Of a DNA stretch of 64,000 bases, positions 22,458 through 35,229 are shown piece after piece. The DNA comes from an uncultured Sutterella sp. (lineage in GTDB: Bacteria > Pseudomonadota > Gammaproteobacteria > Burkholderiales > Burkholderiaceae_F). Where the stretch lies: the NCBI GenBank assembly GCA_900552545.1, contig USAL01000001.1, positions 1,575-65,574 of the forward strand, given 5' to 3'. The notes beneath the pieces were generated by a model, which worked only from the letters and a program-made list of their open reading frames with translations, was not told where the DNA came from and made no database searches. The first letter of the stretch is position 1. Each line of letters begins with the position of its first letter. Position numbers and translations under genes: made by a program.

Positions 22458-23846
22458 CTACTTCCCAATGCAGAACTTGGAGAAGATCATGCCCAGCAGA
22501 TCATCGGCCACGGTTTCTCCGACAATCTCTCCCAACGCCTGACCGGCAAGCCGCAGTTCCTCGGCAGCGATCTCAAGTCCGATGCGGACACCGACGCCGC
22601 CGCGAATCGCGTTGACATGCTCAAGCGCGCGGGCGATGCATTCAAGGTGGCGCGTTCTGGCAAGGAACTCGCCCTGGACCTCGCCGCTCATGCCGGCAAT
22701 CTTCTTGAGCTTTTCGATCAGGACGTCCATGCCCTTTCCCGTGCGGGCGGAGATGGCAATGACGCCATCATCACCCGCTGCAGCAGCGGAGCTTTCGACG
22801 AGATCCACCTTGTTCATCACCCGGACAAAGATAATGCCCTCGCGAAGGCGCGGACGAATGAGTTCCATCGCCTCCTGTTCGCCCGCCTGATCCTTCTGAT
22901 CCGCGCTCGTCAGGTGCACGACGACGTCGGCGTTTTCCACGGCCTTGAGCGTGCGCTCAATGCCGATCTGCTCGACCTTATCCTCGGTGTGCCGCACGCC
23001 GGCGGTATCGATCAGATTCATGGAGAAGCCGTCGAGATTGATCATGTGATCGATCTTGTCGCGGGTCGTTCCGGCGATGTCGGTCACGATGGCGACGTCC
23101 TCACGGGCAAGCGCATTCATCAACGAGCTCTTGCCCACGTTAGGGGAGCCGACGAGCACCACGGTCAGACCGTCGCGCAGCACCTTGCCGCGCATGGCAT
23201 TTCTAGAAAGCGCCTCAAGCTCTCCGGCAATGACGTCCACGCGTTCATTGACGTGCCCGTCTTCAATGAAGTCGACCTCCTCCTCAGGGAAGTCGATGGT
23301 GGCTTCAATATAGGCACGCAGCTCCAGCAGATCCTGATTGATCCGGTGCACCTCGTGCGAGAACGCACCCTGCATTGAACGCGCCGCCGCACGCGCGGCA
23401 GCCTGGCTCGAGGCTTCAATGAGGTCGGCCACAGCCTCAGCCTGCACGAGGTCCATGCGGCCGTTGAGGAAGGCACGCTCGGAAAACTCTCCGGGCTGCG
23501 CCTGCCGCAGTCTAAGATCTGCGCCCACTTCCATGCAGCGATCGATGATCATCTGCAGCACGGCCGGACCGCCGTGCGCCTGGATTTCCACCACGCTTTC
23601 TCCGGTGTAGCTGGCCGGTGCCGGGAAGTGAAGCACGATCGTGCGGTCGATCAGCGAGCCCTGCGCATCGTTCAGCGCAAAGAGATGGGCGTGACGCGGC
23701 TCAACTTTTTTTCCCGGGAAAAGCCGCTCGAGCATCCCGGTCATTTTTTCCGGCGCTCCGGAAAGCCGAATGATGCCGATTCCGCCGAATCCAGCCGCGC
23801 TTGCGCGGGCAATGATCGGATCCTTGTCCGTATAAACCGTACTCAT
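22458..23846 (-). CDS. mnmE: tRNA modification GTPase MnmE (TrmE)
   Basis: GEFSERAFLNGR, GSPNVGKSSL, AGTTRD, DTAG, NKVD, C-terminal FSKFCIGK. Confidence 0.97.
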   Translation of the reverse strand: MSTVYTDKDPIIARASAAGFGGIGIIRLSGAPEKMTGMLERLFPGKKVEPRHAHLFALNDAQGSLIDRTIVLHFPAPASYTGESVVEIQAHGGPAVLQMIIDRCMEVGADLRLRQAQPGEFSERAFLNGRMDLVQAEAVADLIEASSQAAARAAARSMQGAFSHEVHRINQDLLELRAYIEATIDFPEEEVDFIEDGHVNERVDVIAGELEALSRNAMRGKVLRDGLTVVLVGSPNVGKSSLMNALAREDVAIVTDIAGTTRDKIDHMINLDGFSMNLIDTAGVRHTEDKVEQIGIERTLKAVENADVVVHLTSADQKDQAGEQEAMELIRPRLREGIIFVRVMNKVDLVESSAAAAGDDGVIAISARTGKGMDVLIEKLKKIAGMSGEVQGEFLARTRHLECIARALEHVNAIRGGVGVRIGLEIAAEELRLAGQALGEIVGETVADDLLGMIFSKFCIGK

Positions 23847-24566
23847 CTTGCGTCCTAAATCAATTCATTCTCATTTGATAAATCAAACTCTTTAATGAAA
23901 GTTTCTTTTGCCGCTCAAATAATTTTGATGCTGTTCATTGAAAACAAAGAAATTTTTAGTGTTTGATTTATCAAATAATCTCAAGGGTCGCGCTAAGGAA
24001 AGACATCTGTTGCCTCCTTCATTTTTCCTCGATTCTTTTGTCGGCAGTGCCGTTCATGAACCGCAGCAAAGCCATGTCGAGATCGCCGGAGCTCTGTGCG
24101 TTTTCAACAAGCACTCTCTCGTGCCGCTATTTTGTAGAAACCTTGCGCGCTTTGCTTGCTGCCCGTCGCCGGGAATACGGCAGGCAGCATGAGGCGAGAT
24201 GAGAAAGCGCACCACAGGCGAAGCGAGAAAATGCACCGCGCCCAACAACGCCCATCCCGGCCTCAAGAGGGTCAACTAATTTTGACTCAGGACGGGGGCA
24301 AATAATTTTGACCCCGATGTACACCTGCAAGCCCTTGCAGACGTTTCACGGAGCCGCATGACGCCCTCCTGCCGTCGACGGCATCCTCCTGCCCATGATC
24401 GCCATCGATGGCCCCCAAACGACCTTGGATCGCCTCTGACGGCCTTTGACGACCATTAGCGGCGTTGTATGATCATGAGGCACTCTGCACCGCTTCCTCA
24501 ACCAACCGGCAACGCTCGTAAAGCCCCGACCGGCCCCAAGCAACATCTAAGGAAACGTTACAACCA

Positions 24567-24875
24567 ATGAGCCTTCCCACCAAACGAAATACCTTCTTCG
24601 GCGCCGCGCTTCTCGGCGCGTGTCTCGCGGTCGTCGCCTCGGTTCCTGCAGCGGCCTTTCTTGCCGCCGCCTTCGGCGACACCTACAACACGCGCGTGCT
24701 CATCTATGCAGGGCTGCTGCTGTGGGCCGTCGTCGGCGCCATCAGCATCTTCGTCCTCACCAAGGATGCCGAGGGCAAGCCGATGGCGATCGGACAGATC
24801 CTGCTGTGGTTTGTGAGCGCCTGGCTCTGGCCGCTTCTGGTCGCCGCGCACCTCTTCGGCCGCAGGAAGGCCTGA
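24567..24875 (+). CDS. Small hypothetical membrane protein (about 3 TM)
   Basis: AAGGA RBS, host-like codon usage, three hydrophobic segments, SAWLWP motif. Confidence 0.65.
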   Translation: MSLPTKRNTFFGAALLGACLAVVASVPAAAFLAAAFGDTYNTRVLIYAGLLLWAVVGAISIFVLTKDAEGKPMAIGQILLWFVSAWLWPLLVAAHLFGRRKA

Positions 24876-25011
24876 GGCACGAGCCCAGACACCAAAGCCC
24901 TATCAAGAACCCATCAAGTCCCCATGAGCCCCTTCTAGGCATCTTCCAGGCGGCTTTCTGGAGGCATCAGGACAAGAGTCCAACGGGCTTCAACCCTACA
25001 AAATACCCCAC

Positions 25012-25052
25012 AAAAAAAGGAGACCTGCAAGCGTTTGCAGAGTCTCCTTTTT
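25012..25052. terminator. Bidirectional terminator after yidC
   Basis: AAAAAAAGGAGAC-CTGCAA...TTGCAG-AGTCTCCTTTT. Confidence 0.7.
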
Positions 25053-25095
25053 CGTGCGCCGCTTCCGGATGTCTCCGGAAGCTCGGGCGGCTTTT

Positions 25096-26832
25096 TTAGT
25101 GGTTGGCAGCGCTCATTCTTCTGGCGCGCTCCTCGGCAATCTTCTTGTTGACGTACCACTGCTGCAGGATCGAGAGCACGTTGTTCGTCAGCCAGTAGAG
25201 AACCAGACCGGAAGCGAAGAAGAAGAACATCACGCCGAAGACTAGGGGCATGAGAACCATCATGCGGGCCTGCATGGCATCAGCGGGCTTCGGATTGAGC
25301 TTGATCTGCAGGAACATCGTCAGCATCATGATCGCCGGCAGGATGAACCAGGGATCAGGCGAGGCAAGATCCGTGACCCAGCCGATCCAGGCCGAGCCTC
25401 TGAGCTCCACGCTCGCGAGCAGCGCCCAGTACAGGGCGAGGAAGACCGGGATCTGCCGCAGGATCGGCAGGCAGCCGCCCACAGGATTGATCTTCTCCTT
25501 GCGGTAGAGCTCCATCATAGCCTGCTGATAGCGCTGCTTGTCTTCGCCGTACTGCTCCTGAAGCGCCTTCATGCGCGGACCGATTTCCTTCATGCGGGCC
25601 ATCGACTTGTAGCCGGCAGCCGAGATCGGGTAGAGGATCGCCTTCACCAAGCAGGTGAGCAGAACGATCGACCAGCCCCAGTTGCCCACAAGACCGTAGA
25701 GGAAGTACAGCACCGAGTAGATCGGCTTGGCGAGGAACGTGAGCCACCCGTAGTCGACCACAAGCTCGAGGCCGTCGGCGAGGTACTGCAGACGCTGCTG
25801 GTCCTGCGGGCCGATGTAGAGCAGAGCGGAAGCGGTCGCGCTCTGCTTGGGCTCGATCGTGCCGAGACGCTGGATGGAGCCCACGGCAAACAGGTTCTTG
25901 TCGAGCTTGGTCGTGTAGAACTCGCGCTCGCGCTTGCTCGTGTCGCCCTTGGCGTCCGTCCAGGCGGTAATGAAGTAGTGCTGGATCATCGCCACCCAGC
26001 CGTTGTCGGCCTTGGTGATGTGATCGGGCTGATCGCCAATGTCGTCGAAGGGAACCTTCTGGAATTTGTCTTCGCTCGTGTAGATCGCCGGACCGTTGTA
26101 GGTGTAGTAGAAAGTGCTTTCGCCTTCGGGCTTGGCGTCGTCGCGGGTGATCTGGTAGTAGATCGACGGCTTGACGGCGGCCTCGCCGTTGTTGATCACT
26201 TCGTTGCGCACGAAGACCGCATAGCGGCCGTCGGCAAGCTCATAGGTTTTGCGCAGCGTCACCGGCCCCTGCGTGCTTTCAAACGTCGCGGTGGTGAAGT
26301 TCACTTCCTTCTTCTGCTCGGCGTCGAGCTTCTTTTCGACCTTGGTGCCGAGGAACTTGAAGGCGGACTTGTGGTTGGGGAAGTCGCCGCCGATGAGGCC
26401 GCTCTGCGCCACGTAGACGTGGTTGGGCGTGACGTCGAGCATGACGATGTTCTTCAGATGCGGCACCTTGTTGCCCAGGATCAGGCCGGCAAGACCGACA
26501 TCCGTCCACTCGGCCTGCTGCTGCTCCTTGAGAAGCTCGGCACGCGTGACGACCGCGCCCTGCTCATCGATGTTGAGCTTGAGCAGGTCGTTGGAGACCT
26601 CAATGGGCTTGGAAGCTTGAATCAGGCCCTTGGCCACAGCTTCGGCACCGCTGCCCTTGTTGTCGGGAACCGCATCCGCACTCGGCTGCGGCTCCTGCGT
26701 CTGAGCGGTCTGCGTGGCGCTGCCGCCGAAAAACGAGGGCTGTCCGTTGTAGACCTGCCAGTTGTCCCACAACATGAAGCAGGCCGCGCACAGGATCACC
26801 CACATAAGGGTTCGCTTGAAATCACTTCCCAT
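25096..26832 (-). CDS. yidC: Membrane protein insertase YidC
   Basis: GWVAMIQHYF, VDYGWL, GNWGWSI, KINPVGGCLP, GLVLYW. Confidence 0.96.
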   Translation of the reverse strand: MGSDFKRTLMWVILCAACFMLWDNWQVYNGQPSFFGGSATQTAQTQEPQPSADAVPDNKGSGAEAVAKGLIQASKPIEVSNDLLKLNIDEQGAVVTRAELLKEQQQAEWTDVGLAGLILGNKVPHLKNIVMLDVTPNHVYVAQSGLIGGDFPNHKSAFKFLGTKVEKKLDAEQKKEVNFTTATFESTQGPVTLRKTYELADGRYAVFVRNEVINNGEAAVKPSIYYQITRDDAKPEGESTFYYTYNGPAIYTSEDKFQKVPFDDIGDQPDHITKADNGWVAMIQHYFITAWTDAKGDTSKREREFYTTKLDKNLFAVGSIQRLGTIEPKQSATASALLYIGPQDQQRLQYLADGLELVVDYGWLTFLAKPIYSVLYFLYGLVGNWGWSIVLLTCLVKAILYPISAAGYKSMARMKEIGPRMKALQEQYGEDKQRYQQAMMELYRKEKINPVGGCLPILRQIPVFLALYWALLASVELRGSAWIGWVTDLASPDPWFILPAIMMLTMFLQIKLNPKPADAMQARMMVLMPLVFGVMFFFFASGLVLYWLTNNVLSILQQWYVNKKIAEERARRMSAANH

Positions 26833-26869
26833 AACAGGTCCTGATAAGTGAAATAAAGATCAAAAAAAG

Positions 26870-27160
26870 CTACTGCGAGTGCCCGGCGTCATGATCATGC
26901 CGCCAGCACTTCCAGTGAAATTCGTCCGGTACAGGATCATACCCGTTGCCGCCCAGCGGATGACAACGCAGAAGCCTCATCGTCGTGAGATAGAGCCCCT
27001 TGAAAGCTCCATGCCGCTCAAAGGCTTCGATTGCGTAGTTCGAGCAGGTCGGAATAAAGCGGCACTGCCACCCCGTCCAGCTCGAAAACGTGAGCTGATA
27101 CAGGCGCACAAGTGCGATGAAGAATTTCGCCGCGATCGAGCAGACTGGCTTTTTATTCAT
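26870..27160 (-). CDS. yidD: Membrane protein insertion efficiency factor YidD
   Basis: CRFIPTCSNYA, RLLRCHP, GYDPVP. Confidence 0.93.
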   Translation of the reverse strand: MNKKPVCSIAAKFFIALVRLYQLTFSSWTGWQCRFIPTCSNYAIEAFERHGAFKGLYLTTMRLLRCHPLGGNGYDPVPDEFHWKCWRHDHDAGHSQ

Positions 27161-27629
27161 CGGCAGCGGCGCTCGCCTGCGCAAGAAAGGCGCCGGCGGC
27201 GGCATCAAGGCGCTTCTCAAGCGCCTTCAGGCACAGCGACGCCGAGCGGCGCGCCAGAGCCTTTGCGTCGCCCTCAGTCACTTTGACGCCCGTCGTGCGC
27301 AGCGGCGTTCTCCAGCGCAGGCTGACGTCGAGACCGACGCCGAGCTGCGAGCAGCGCTCAGCAAGCACGGGCAGGGCGTGCCGGGCCACTTCGCGCAGAA
27401 TGCGCTTGATAAGGGCGCGGTCCACCGACAGAGGGACGTTGCGTTTGCCGACCGTAAAACCAAAACGGACGCGACCCGTTTTCAGATGTGCCTGAGCACA
27501 TAAAGAAACAGAATCACGTCCGAGTCGGATTACTCCCGGTCCGTCAGATCGCAAAATTGCGCCAAAGTCGTCCGAACTTACGATTCGAGCCGACTTGGGG
27601 AACTTGTATCTCGACCGGTCTTGCGTCAC
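27153..27629 (-). CDS. rnpA: Ribonuclease P protein component (start uncertain)
   Basis: FPKSARI, RFGFTVGKR, SVDRALIKRILRE; position between rpmH and yidD. Confidence 0.85.
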   Translation of the reverse strand: MTQDRSRYKFPKSARIVSSDDFGAILRSDGPGVIRLGRDSVSLCAQAHLKTGRVRFGFTVGKRNVPLSVDRALIKRILREVARHALPVLAERCSQLGVGLDVSLRWRTPLRTTGVKVTEGDAKALARRSASLCLKALEKRLDAAAGAFLAQASAAADE

Positions 27630-27670
27630 AGTTGCCCTGAGACGTCTTTTCAAATCAAAGACGCCGTAAA

Positions 27671-27811
27671 TTAGAGAGCGAGGGTGTGACGGCCCTTGCG
27701 GCGACGGCGAGCCAGAACGGCGCGGCCGCCCTTGGTGCGGGTGCGGACCAGGAAGCCGTGCGTGCGGGCACGCTTGATCTTAGAGGGTTGATACGTACGC
27801 TTGGTAGCCAT
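27671..27811 (-). CDS. rpmH: 50S ribosomal protein L34
   Basis: Hand translation [46 protein letters not shown] (below ORF-track cutoff). Confidence 0.96.
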   Translation of the reverse strand: MATKRTYQPSKIKRARTHGFLVRTRTKGGRAVLARRRRKGRHTLAL

Positions 27812-28248
27812 GATATTTCCTTACCTTCAAGTCAAAGGAAGACGATGAACAACGGACCTGCGCGCTGAGCCCTTCTGGAGGGCCTCTGCTGAGAAGACGC
27901 CGGAGTCCGGCCTTTCATCGAAAAACTAAATAAAACCGCAGACAACCGTGACAAGAGCGGATCCGCGGCTTGAAAAGACGCTCTTCTTTCCACAGACTGC
28001 GGGAGGCCGGCTGCGTTTGAGCCGTGAACCGACGACAGACGGCGCAGTCCGTCAATCCCGCCGCAGGCCCTGATTTTTAGGACTTCTGCGGGTGCACACT
28101 CCCCGTCGCCGCCGACGAAAAATTTCGGCCGCAACGATCCGTGCCTGTGAAAAGCCTGATATTAAACCTTATTTTGCCCCGTCCTGTCAATATTTACCCC
28201 GAAATTTCAAGGGCGGGAAATTTTTAGACTCCCCTTCCGCAGCATTCG

Positions 28249-28371
28249 TTTTCCACAGCATGTAGCGGGCAACGGATTTGAAGACCACAACCGGTCGTGC
28301 CGGGACGTTGACAACTCTGTGAGAAAACACCCCTGAGGGCGCGTCACTGCGGGATTCCGGCCTGTGGATAA
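28249..28371. promoter_or_regulatory. DnaA boxes in rpmH-dnaA spacer (autoregulation)
   Basis: TTTTCCACA 28249-28257; TGTGGATAA 28363-28371. Confidence 0.7.
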
Positions 28372-28529
28372 CTTTTGCTCCAGCGGGTAAAATCAGGCCC
28401 GATTCTTCCATCTCTGAACACCTTCAGACACCCCGTCCGCGGCACCCTCACCGTCTTACACGCATGTTGAAAGCCTGCCGGTCAATTCGGCCCGGGCCTG
28501 CGGGAGTGTTTTCACGCAAAATTTTCAAG

Positions 28530-29891
28530 ATGAACGATTTCTGGACCCAATGCCTTGAAGCCCTGCGGGAGTCGACGCCGGCGCAGATCTACCAGAACTG
28601 GTTTTCGGATCTGACGGCCGACGTGGAACTCGACGCCGGGGTCGTGACGATCTACGCCAGCTCAAGCGCCAAGCTGCGCAAAGTGGCCGAAGCCTACGGC
28701 AGCACCATCGCGCAGACGGTCAACCGCCTCGCGGGCAAGGAAATCGAACTCGACTGGCAGGTGGCAGAAGACGCCGCGGCAGCTGCCACTGCGCCGGCTG
28801 AGCCCGCCGAGCCTGCTGCGGGCCCGTCGGAATCCGAAATCGCAAAGACGGGGCTGCTGCCGAATCTCACCTTCGAGAATCTCGTTGAAGGCCAGGCCAA
28901 CCAGATGGCCTACGCCTCGGCCATTCAGGTCGCCTCAAGTCCCAAGCCCATCTACAACCCGCTTTTCATCTACGGCGGCGTCGGCCTGGGCAAGACGCAC
29001 TTGATGCACGCAATCGGCAACCGTTTTCTAAAGAACAATCCCAACGCCAAGGTTCTGTGCATCTCCGCGCAGCAGTACATCCAGGAATTCATGGACGTGA
29101 TGCGGTTGAACAACGTCAACCGCGAGCGCTTTGCCGAGGCCATGCGCCAGTTCGACGCCCGCTACAAGGGACTCGATCTGCTGTTGATCGACGATATCCA
29201 GAGCTTCGGCAACCGCGAGGGCACGCAGACCAACTTCTTTCTCACCTTCGAGAGCATGGTGCCGCACGGCAAGCAGATCGTGCTCACGAGCGACACCTAT
29301 CCGCGCAACCTCAAGGACTTCCAGGAGCGGCTTTTAAGCCGCCTCACGCAGGGCCTCATCGTCACGATCGAGCCGCCCGAGTTCGACATGCGCGTGCAGA
29401 TTCTTCTCTTGAAGGCCGAGCGCTCGGGTCTTGACATGCCCCGCGAGGTGGCCGAGATCATCGCCAAGAAATTAAAGAGCAACGTCCGCGAGCTCGAAGG
29501 CGCCGTGCAGCAGGTTCTTGCCTACACGCGCTTTCATCAGGTCGCCGTGACGATCGACACCGTCAAGCTCGCGCTGCGCGACATCTTCAAGGCAAGCAGC
29601 GTGCCCGTGACGATCGACGCGATCCAGCAGACCGTGGCGCAGCACTACGGCTTCAAGGTTTCGGAATTGAACTCGAAATCGCGCAAGGCCAAGCTCGTGC
29701 GCGCCCGTCAGATCGCGATCTACCTCGCGCGCGAACTCACCAAGAAGAGCCTGCCGGAGCTGGGTGAACTCTTCGGCGGCCGCGACCACGCCACGGTGAT
29801 CTACGCCTGCAAGAAAATCGCCGCCGAGCGCAACCGCGACGAGGAGCTCAAATACGATCTGCACATTCTCGAGCAAAAGATCAAAAGCTAG
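28530..29891 (+). CDS. dnaA: Chromosomal replication initiator DnaA
   Basis: YNPLFIYGGVGLGKTHL, LIDDIQ, SNVRELEGA, FGGRDHATV; start MNDFW. Confidence 0.97.
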   Translation: MNDFWTQCLEALRESTPAQIYQNWFSDLTADVELDAGVVTIYASSSAKLRKVAEAYGSTIAQTVNRLAGKEIELDWQVAEDAAAAATAPAEPAEPAAGPSESEIAKTGLLPNLTFENLVEGQANQMAYASAIQVASSPKPIYNPLFIYGGVGLGKTHLMHAIGNRFLKNNPNAKVLCISAQQYIQEFMDVMRLNNVNRERFAEAMRQFDARYKGLDLLLIDDIQSFGNREGTQTNFFLTFESMVPHGKQIVLTSDTYPRNLKDFQERLLSRLTQGLIVTIEPPEFDMRVQILLLKAERSGLDMPREVAEIIAKKLKSNVRELEGAVQQVLAYTRFHQVAVTIDTVKLALRDIFKASSVPVTIDAIQQTVAQHYGFKVSELNSKSRKAKLVRARQIAIYLARELTKKSLPELGELFGGRDHATVIYACKKIAAERNRDEELKYDLHILEQKIKS

Positions 29892-30021
29892 AGAAATCAA
29901 CGCTTGCCGATCCATTTTGTCGGCCGTTTCAGGCCAACAGCCGCCCCTATTTCCATTAAAATCCGTAGACGGCCGGAGTTTCGCCCCCGGCCCGAATTTT
30001 GTTTAGACAAAGGTTGATTTC

Positions 30022-31137
30022 ATGCAGTTCATTCAATCCACGCGCGAAGCGCTCCTGAAGCCCCTGCAGATTGTCGGAGGCATCGTGGAAGGCCGTCAGA
30101 CGCTTCCGATTCTGTCCAACATTCTGGTCAATGCAAACGGTAGCGAAGTCACCTTCACCACGACGGACCTTGAGATCCAGATCCGCACGAGCGCCCAGAT
30201 CGGCGTGGGAACCGACCCGGTGACCGTGACCGTCCCCGCGGCCAAGCTCATTGCCCTTCTGACCGCGCTGCCGAGCGCGAGCACCGAAGTCTCGATGCTC
30301 ACCGAAGGCAAGAAGGTCATGCTGCGTGCCAACAACTCGCGCTTTACGCTCTCGCAGATGGCCGCCGAGGAGTACCCGGTGCTGCCCGTGGCCGAGATCG
30401 ACTACACGTTCTCGCTGCCCGCCAACGTCCTCAAGCACCTCATGCAGATGGTGCACTTTGCGATGGCCCAGCAGGACATCCGCTACTACCTCAACGGCAT
30501 GCTGCTCTCGATCGACAAGGGCTTGGTGCGCGCCGTCGCCACCGACGGTCATCGCCTTGCCTGCTGCGACGCGCCTTTGGAGATTGCAACCGGCGTCGAG
30601 AGCCCGATCGAAGCGATTCTGCCGCGCAAGACCGTGCACCAGCTCATGAAGCTGCTGCCCGATACGGACGACCCCGTCAAGCTCGAAGTGAGCAAGACCC
30701 AGGCTCGCTTTACCTTCGGCAACATCGAGTTCCTCACCAAGCTCGTCGACGGCAAGTACCCGGACTACAACCGCGTCATTCCGCAGAACAACGACAAGAT
30801 CTTCCTCATCAACCGCGAGGAGCTCATCGGGGCTCTCAAGCGTGCGGCCATTCTCGCCAACGAGAAGTTCAAGGGCCTGCGCTGGCTCGTCACCCCCGGC
30901 TCGCTGCACATCCAGAGCGCGAACTCCGAGATGGAGGAGGCCGACGAAGAAATCGCCATCAACTACGAGGGCGAGGAGCTCGATCTGGGCTTCAACGTCG
31001 TCTACCTGCTCGACGCGCTCGGCAACCTGAAGAACACGGAAGTGCGCTTTGCCTTTGCCAACAACCAGGGCGCGACGCTTCTGACGATGCCCGAAAGCGA
31101 GCAGTTCCGCTACGTGCTGATGCCGATGCGCATCTAA
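30022..31137 (+). CDS. dnaN: DNA polymerase III beta clamp
   Basis: QTLPILSN, TDLE, QDIRYYLNG, ATDGHRL, YVLMPMRI. Confidence 0.97.
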   Translation: MQFIQSTREALLKPLQIVGGIVEGRQTLPILSNILVNANGSEVTFTTTDLEIQIRTSAQIGVGTDPVTVTVPAAKLIALLTALPSASTEVSMLTEGKKVMLRANNSRFTLSQMAAEEYPVLPVAEIDYTFSLPANVLKHLMQMVHFAMAQQDIRYYLNGMLLSIDKGLVRAVATDGHRLACCDAPLEIATGVESPIEAILPRKTVHQLMKLLPDTDDPVKLEVSKTQARFTFGNIEFLTKLVDGKYPDYNRVIPQNNDKIFLINREELIGALKRAAILANEKFKGLRWLVTPGSLHIQSANSEMEEADEEIAINYEGEELDLGFNVVYLLDALGNLKNTEVRFAFANNQGATLLTMPESEQFRYVLMPMRI

Positions 31138-31300
31138 CGATTGATTGATTCCGCGCACGCCGTGAGGACGCCTGCGGCGCCCGTGCGCGAAAAACGCCCT
31201 TCTTGAAGCGCCAATGCAGAGCCTCGAAAAAGCACTGCATTGGCGCAAGGCTTAACAAAAGGGGCTAAAGAGCCGCCGCCCGCCCGCGCGGCCGTGCTGA

Positions 31301-33943
<2,643 letters not shown>

Positions 33944-33967
33944 TCCGCTCCTTTTTTCCTCTCTGCG

Positions 33968-33993
33968 AAGGCCCGGCATTGTCCGGGCCTTTT
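33968..33993 (+). terminator. Intrinsic terminator after gyrB
   Basis: AAGGCCCGG-cattgt-CCGGGCCTTTT. Confidence 0.75.
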
Positions 33994-34089
33994 GCTGTTT
34001 GCGCTGTTCAAGGCTCATGCACTGGGGCGGCCAGCCTGTATGATCGTCTATCGACCACACTACACTTTAAGACGAAGGCTCGTATTTCC

Positions 34090-35049
34090 ATGAAAACCAC
34101 CGACAACCAACTTGTCGTCGCCGTCAGCTCGCGCGCACTCTTTGACCTTGAAGACGAACACCAAATCTTCGAGTCCGAGGGCATCGCCGCCTACCGTAAA
34201 TACCAGCTTGAGCACCGCGACAAGCCGCTTGCGCCCGGCGTCGCTTTCGCCTTCATCAAGCGCCTGCTGGGACTCAACCGGCTCTTTCCCAACGAAGAGC
34301 CCTTCCGCGTCGTGGTCTTAAGTCGCAATTCGCCTGAAACCGGGCAGCGCTTCTTTTCCTCGTGCCGCTACTACAACCTGCCGATCAAGGCGGGCGCCTT
34401 TACCTCGGGCCAATCCACGTTTCCCTATATCGAAGCCTTCGACGCGTCGCTGTTTCTGAGCGCCAACAGAGAAAGCGTGATGCGCGCCATCAGCAAGCAG
34501 CATCCGGCAGGCCTCGTGCTGCCGGTCGCCACCGTCCGTCTCAATCAGACCGAAGACGACACCGACGACGACGGGGAGCTTCGGATTGCCTTTGACTTTG
34601 ACGGCGTCATCATCGACGACGAAGCCGAGCGCGAATACCAAAAGGAAGGCATTGCGGGCTTTGAGCGCCACGAAACCGACATGAAGGAAACGCCCCACGG
34701 GCCGGGCCCCTTGAGCAAGCTTTTCCGCAAACTCGCCCAGTTCCAGGCGCTTGATGCGCGGCGCGGGGAAAACGATCCCTATTACAAACCGGCGCTGCGC
34801 GTTTCCATCGTCACCGCCCGCGGCGCCCCGAGCGAAGAGCGGCTCATCACAACCCTCAAGTCGCTCGGCATGAGCGCGGCCGAACTCTTTCTCATGGACG
34901 GCCTCTCCAAGAGCCGGGTGCTCAACGTCATGCGCCCGCACATCTTCTTTGACGATCAGCTCTCGCACCTTGAGCAGACGGCAACGATCATTCCGAGCGT
35001 GCTCGTGCCCTTCGGCATCAACAACCTGCAGCCCATCAAGGCCGATTAA
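34090..35049 (+). CDS. 5'-nucleotidase (cytosolic IMP/AMP nucleotidase-like, HAD)
   Basis: LVVAVSSRALFDL, LSRNSPETG, RIAFDFDGV, VTARGAPS, PHIFFDDQ. Confidence 0.9.
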   Translation: MKTTDNQLVVAVSSRALFDLEDEHQIFESEGIAAYRKYQLEHRDKPLAPGVAFAFIKRLLGLNRLFPNEEPFRVVVLSRNSPETGQRFFSSCRYYNLPIKAGAFTSGQSTFPYIEAFDASLFLSANRESVMRAISKQHPAGLVLPVATVRLNQTEDDTDDDGELRIAFDFDGVIIDDEAEREYQKEGIAGFERHETDMKETPHGPGPLSKLFRKLAQFQALDARRGENDPYYKPALRVSIVTARGAPSEERLITTLKSLGMSAAELFLMDGLSKSRVLNVMRPHIFFDDQLSHLEQTATIIPSVLVPFGINNLQPIKAD

Positions 35050-35229
35050 ACAGCGATTGGAGGGCCCTGAAAGCCCTGCGGCAGCCCCGACAAGGGGCAA
35101 GGCCTTCCCGTGCCCAGCAAAGCCCCTAAAAAGGCGCAAAAAAAGGCCGGTGATACAATCGATGCACTTTCAAAAGGGCCCGGGCGCCGGGCCGCATGCC
35201 GCGCACCGCCGGCACTGTCCCAAACGATC

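Noticed and set aside
24165..24192. SP-EY-RQAA* resemblance to an IS3 transposase C-terminus
   Set aside because: Needs two frameshifts in 27 bp and no upstream transposase similarity is visible
27812..28529. rpmH-dnaA spacer as oriC
   Set aside because: Only two good boxes, consistent with autoregulation; sequence stays C-rich on both sides and lacks trio repeats
29892..30021. dnaA-dnaN spacer as oriC
   Set aside because: Only 130 bp, no DnaA boxes or AT-rich unwinding element
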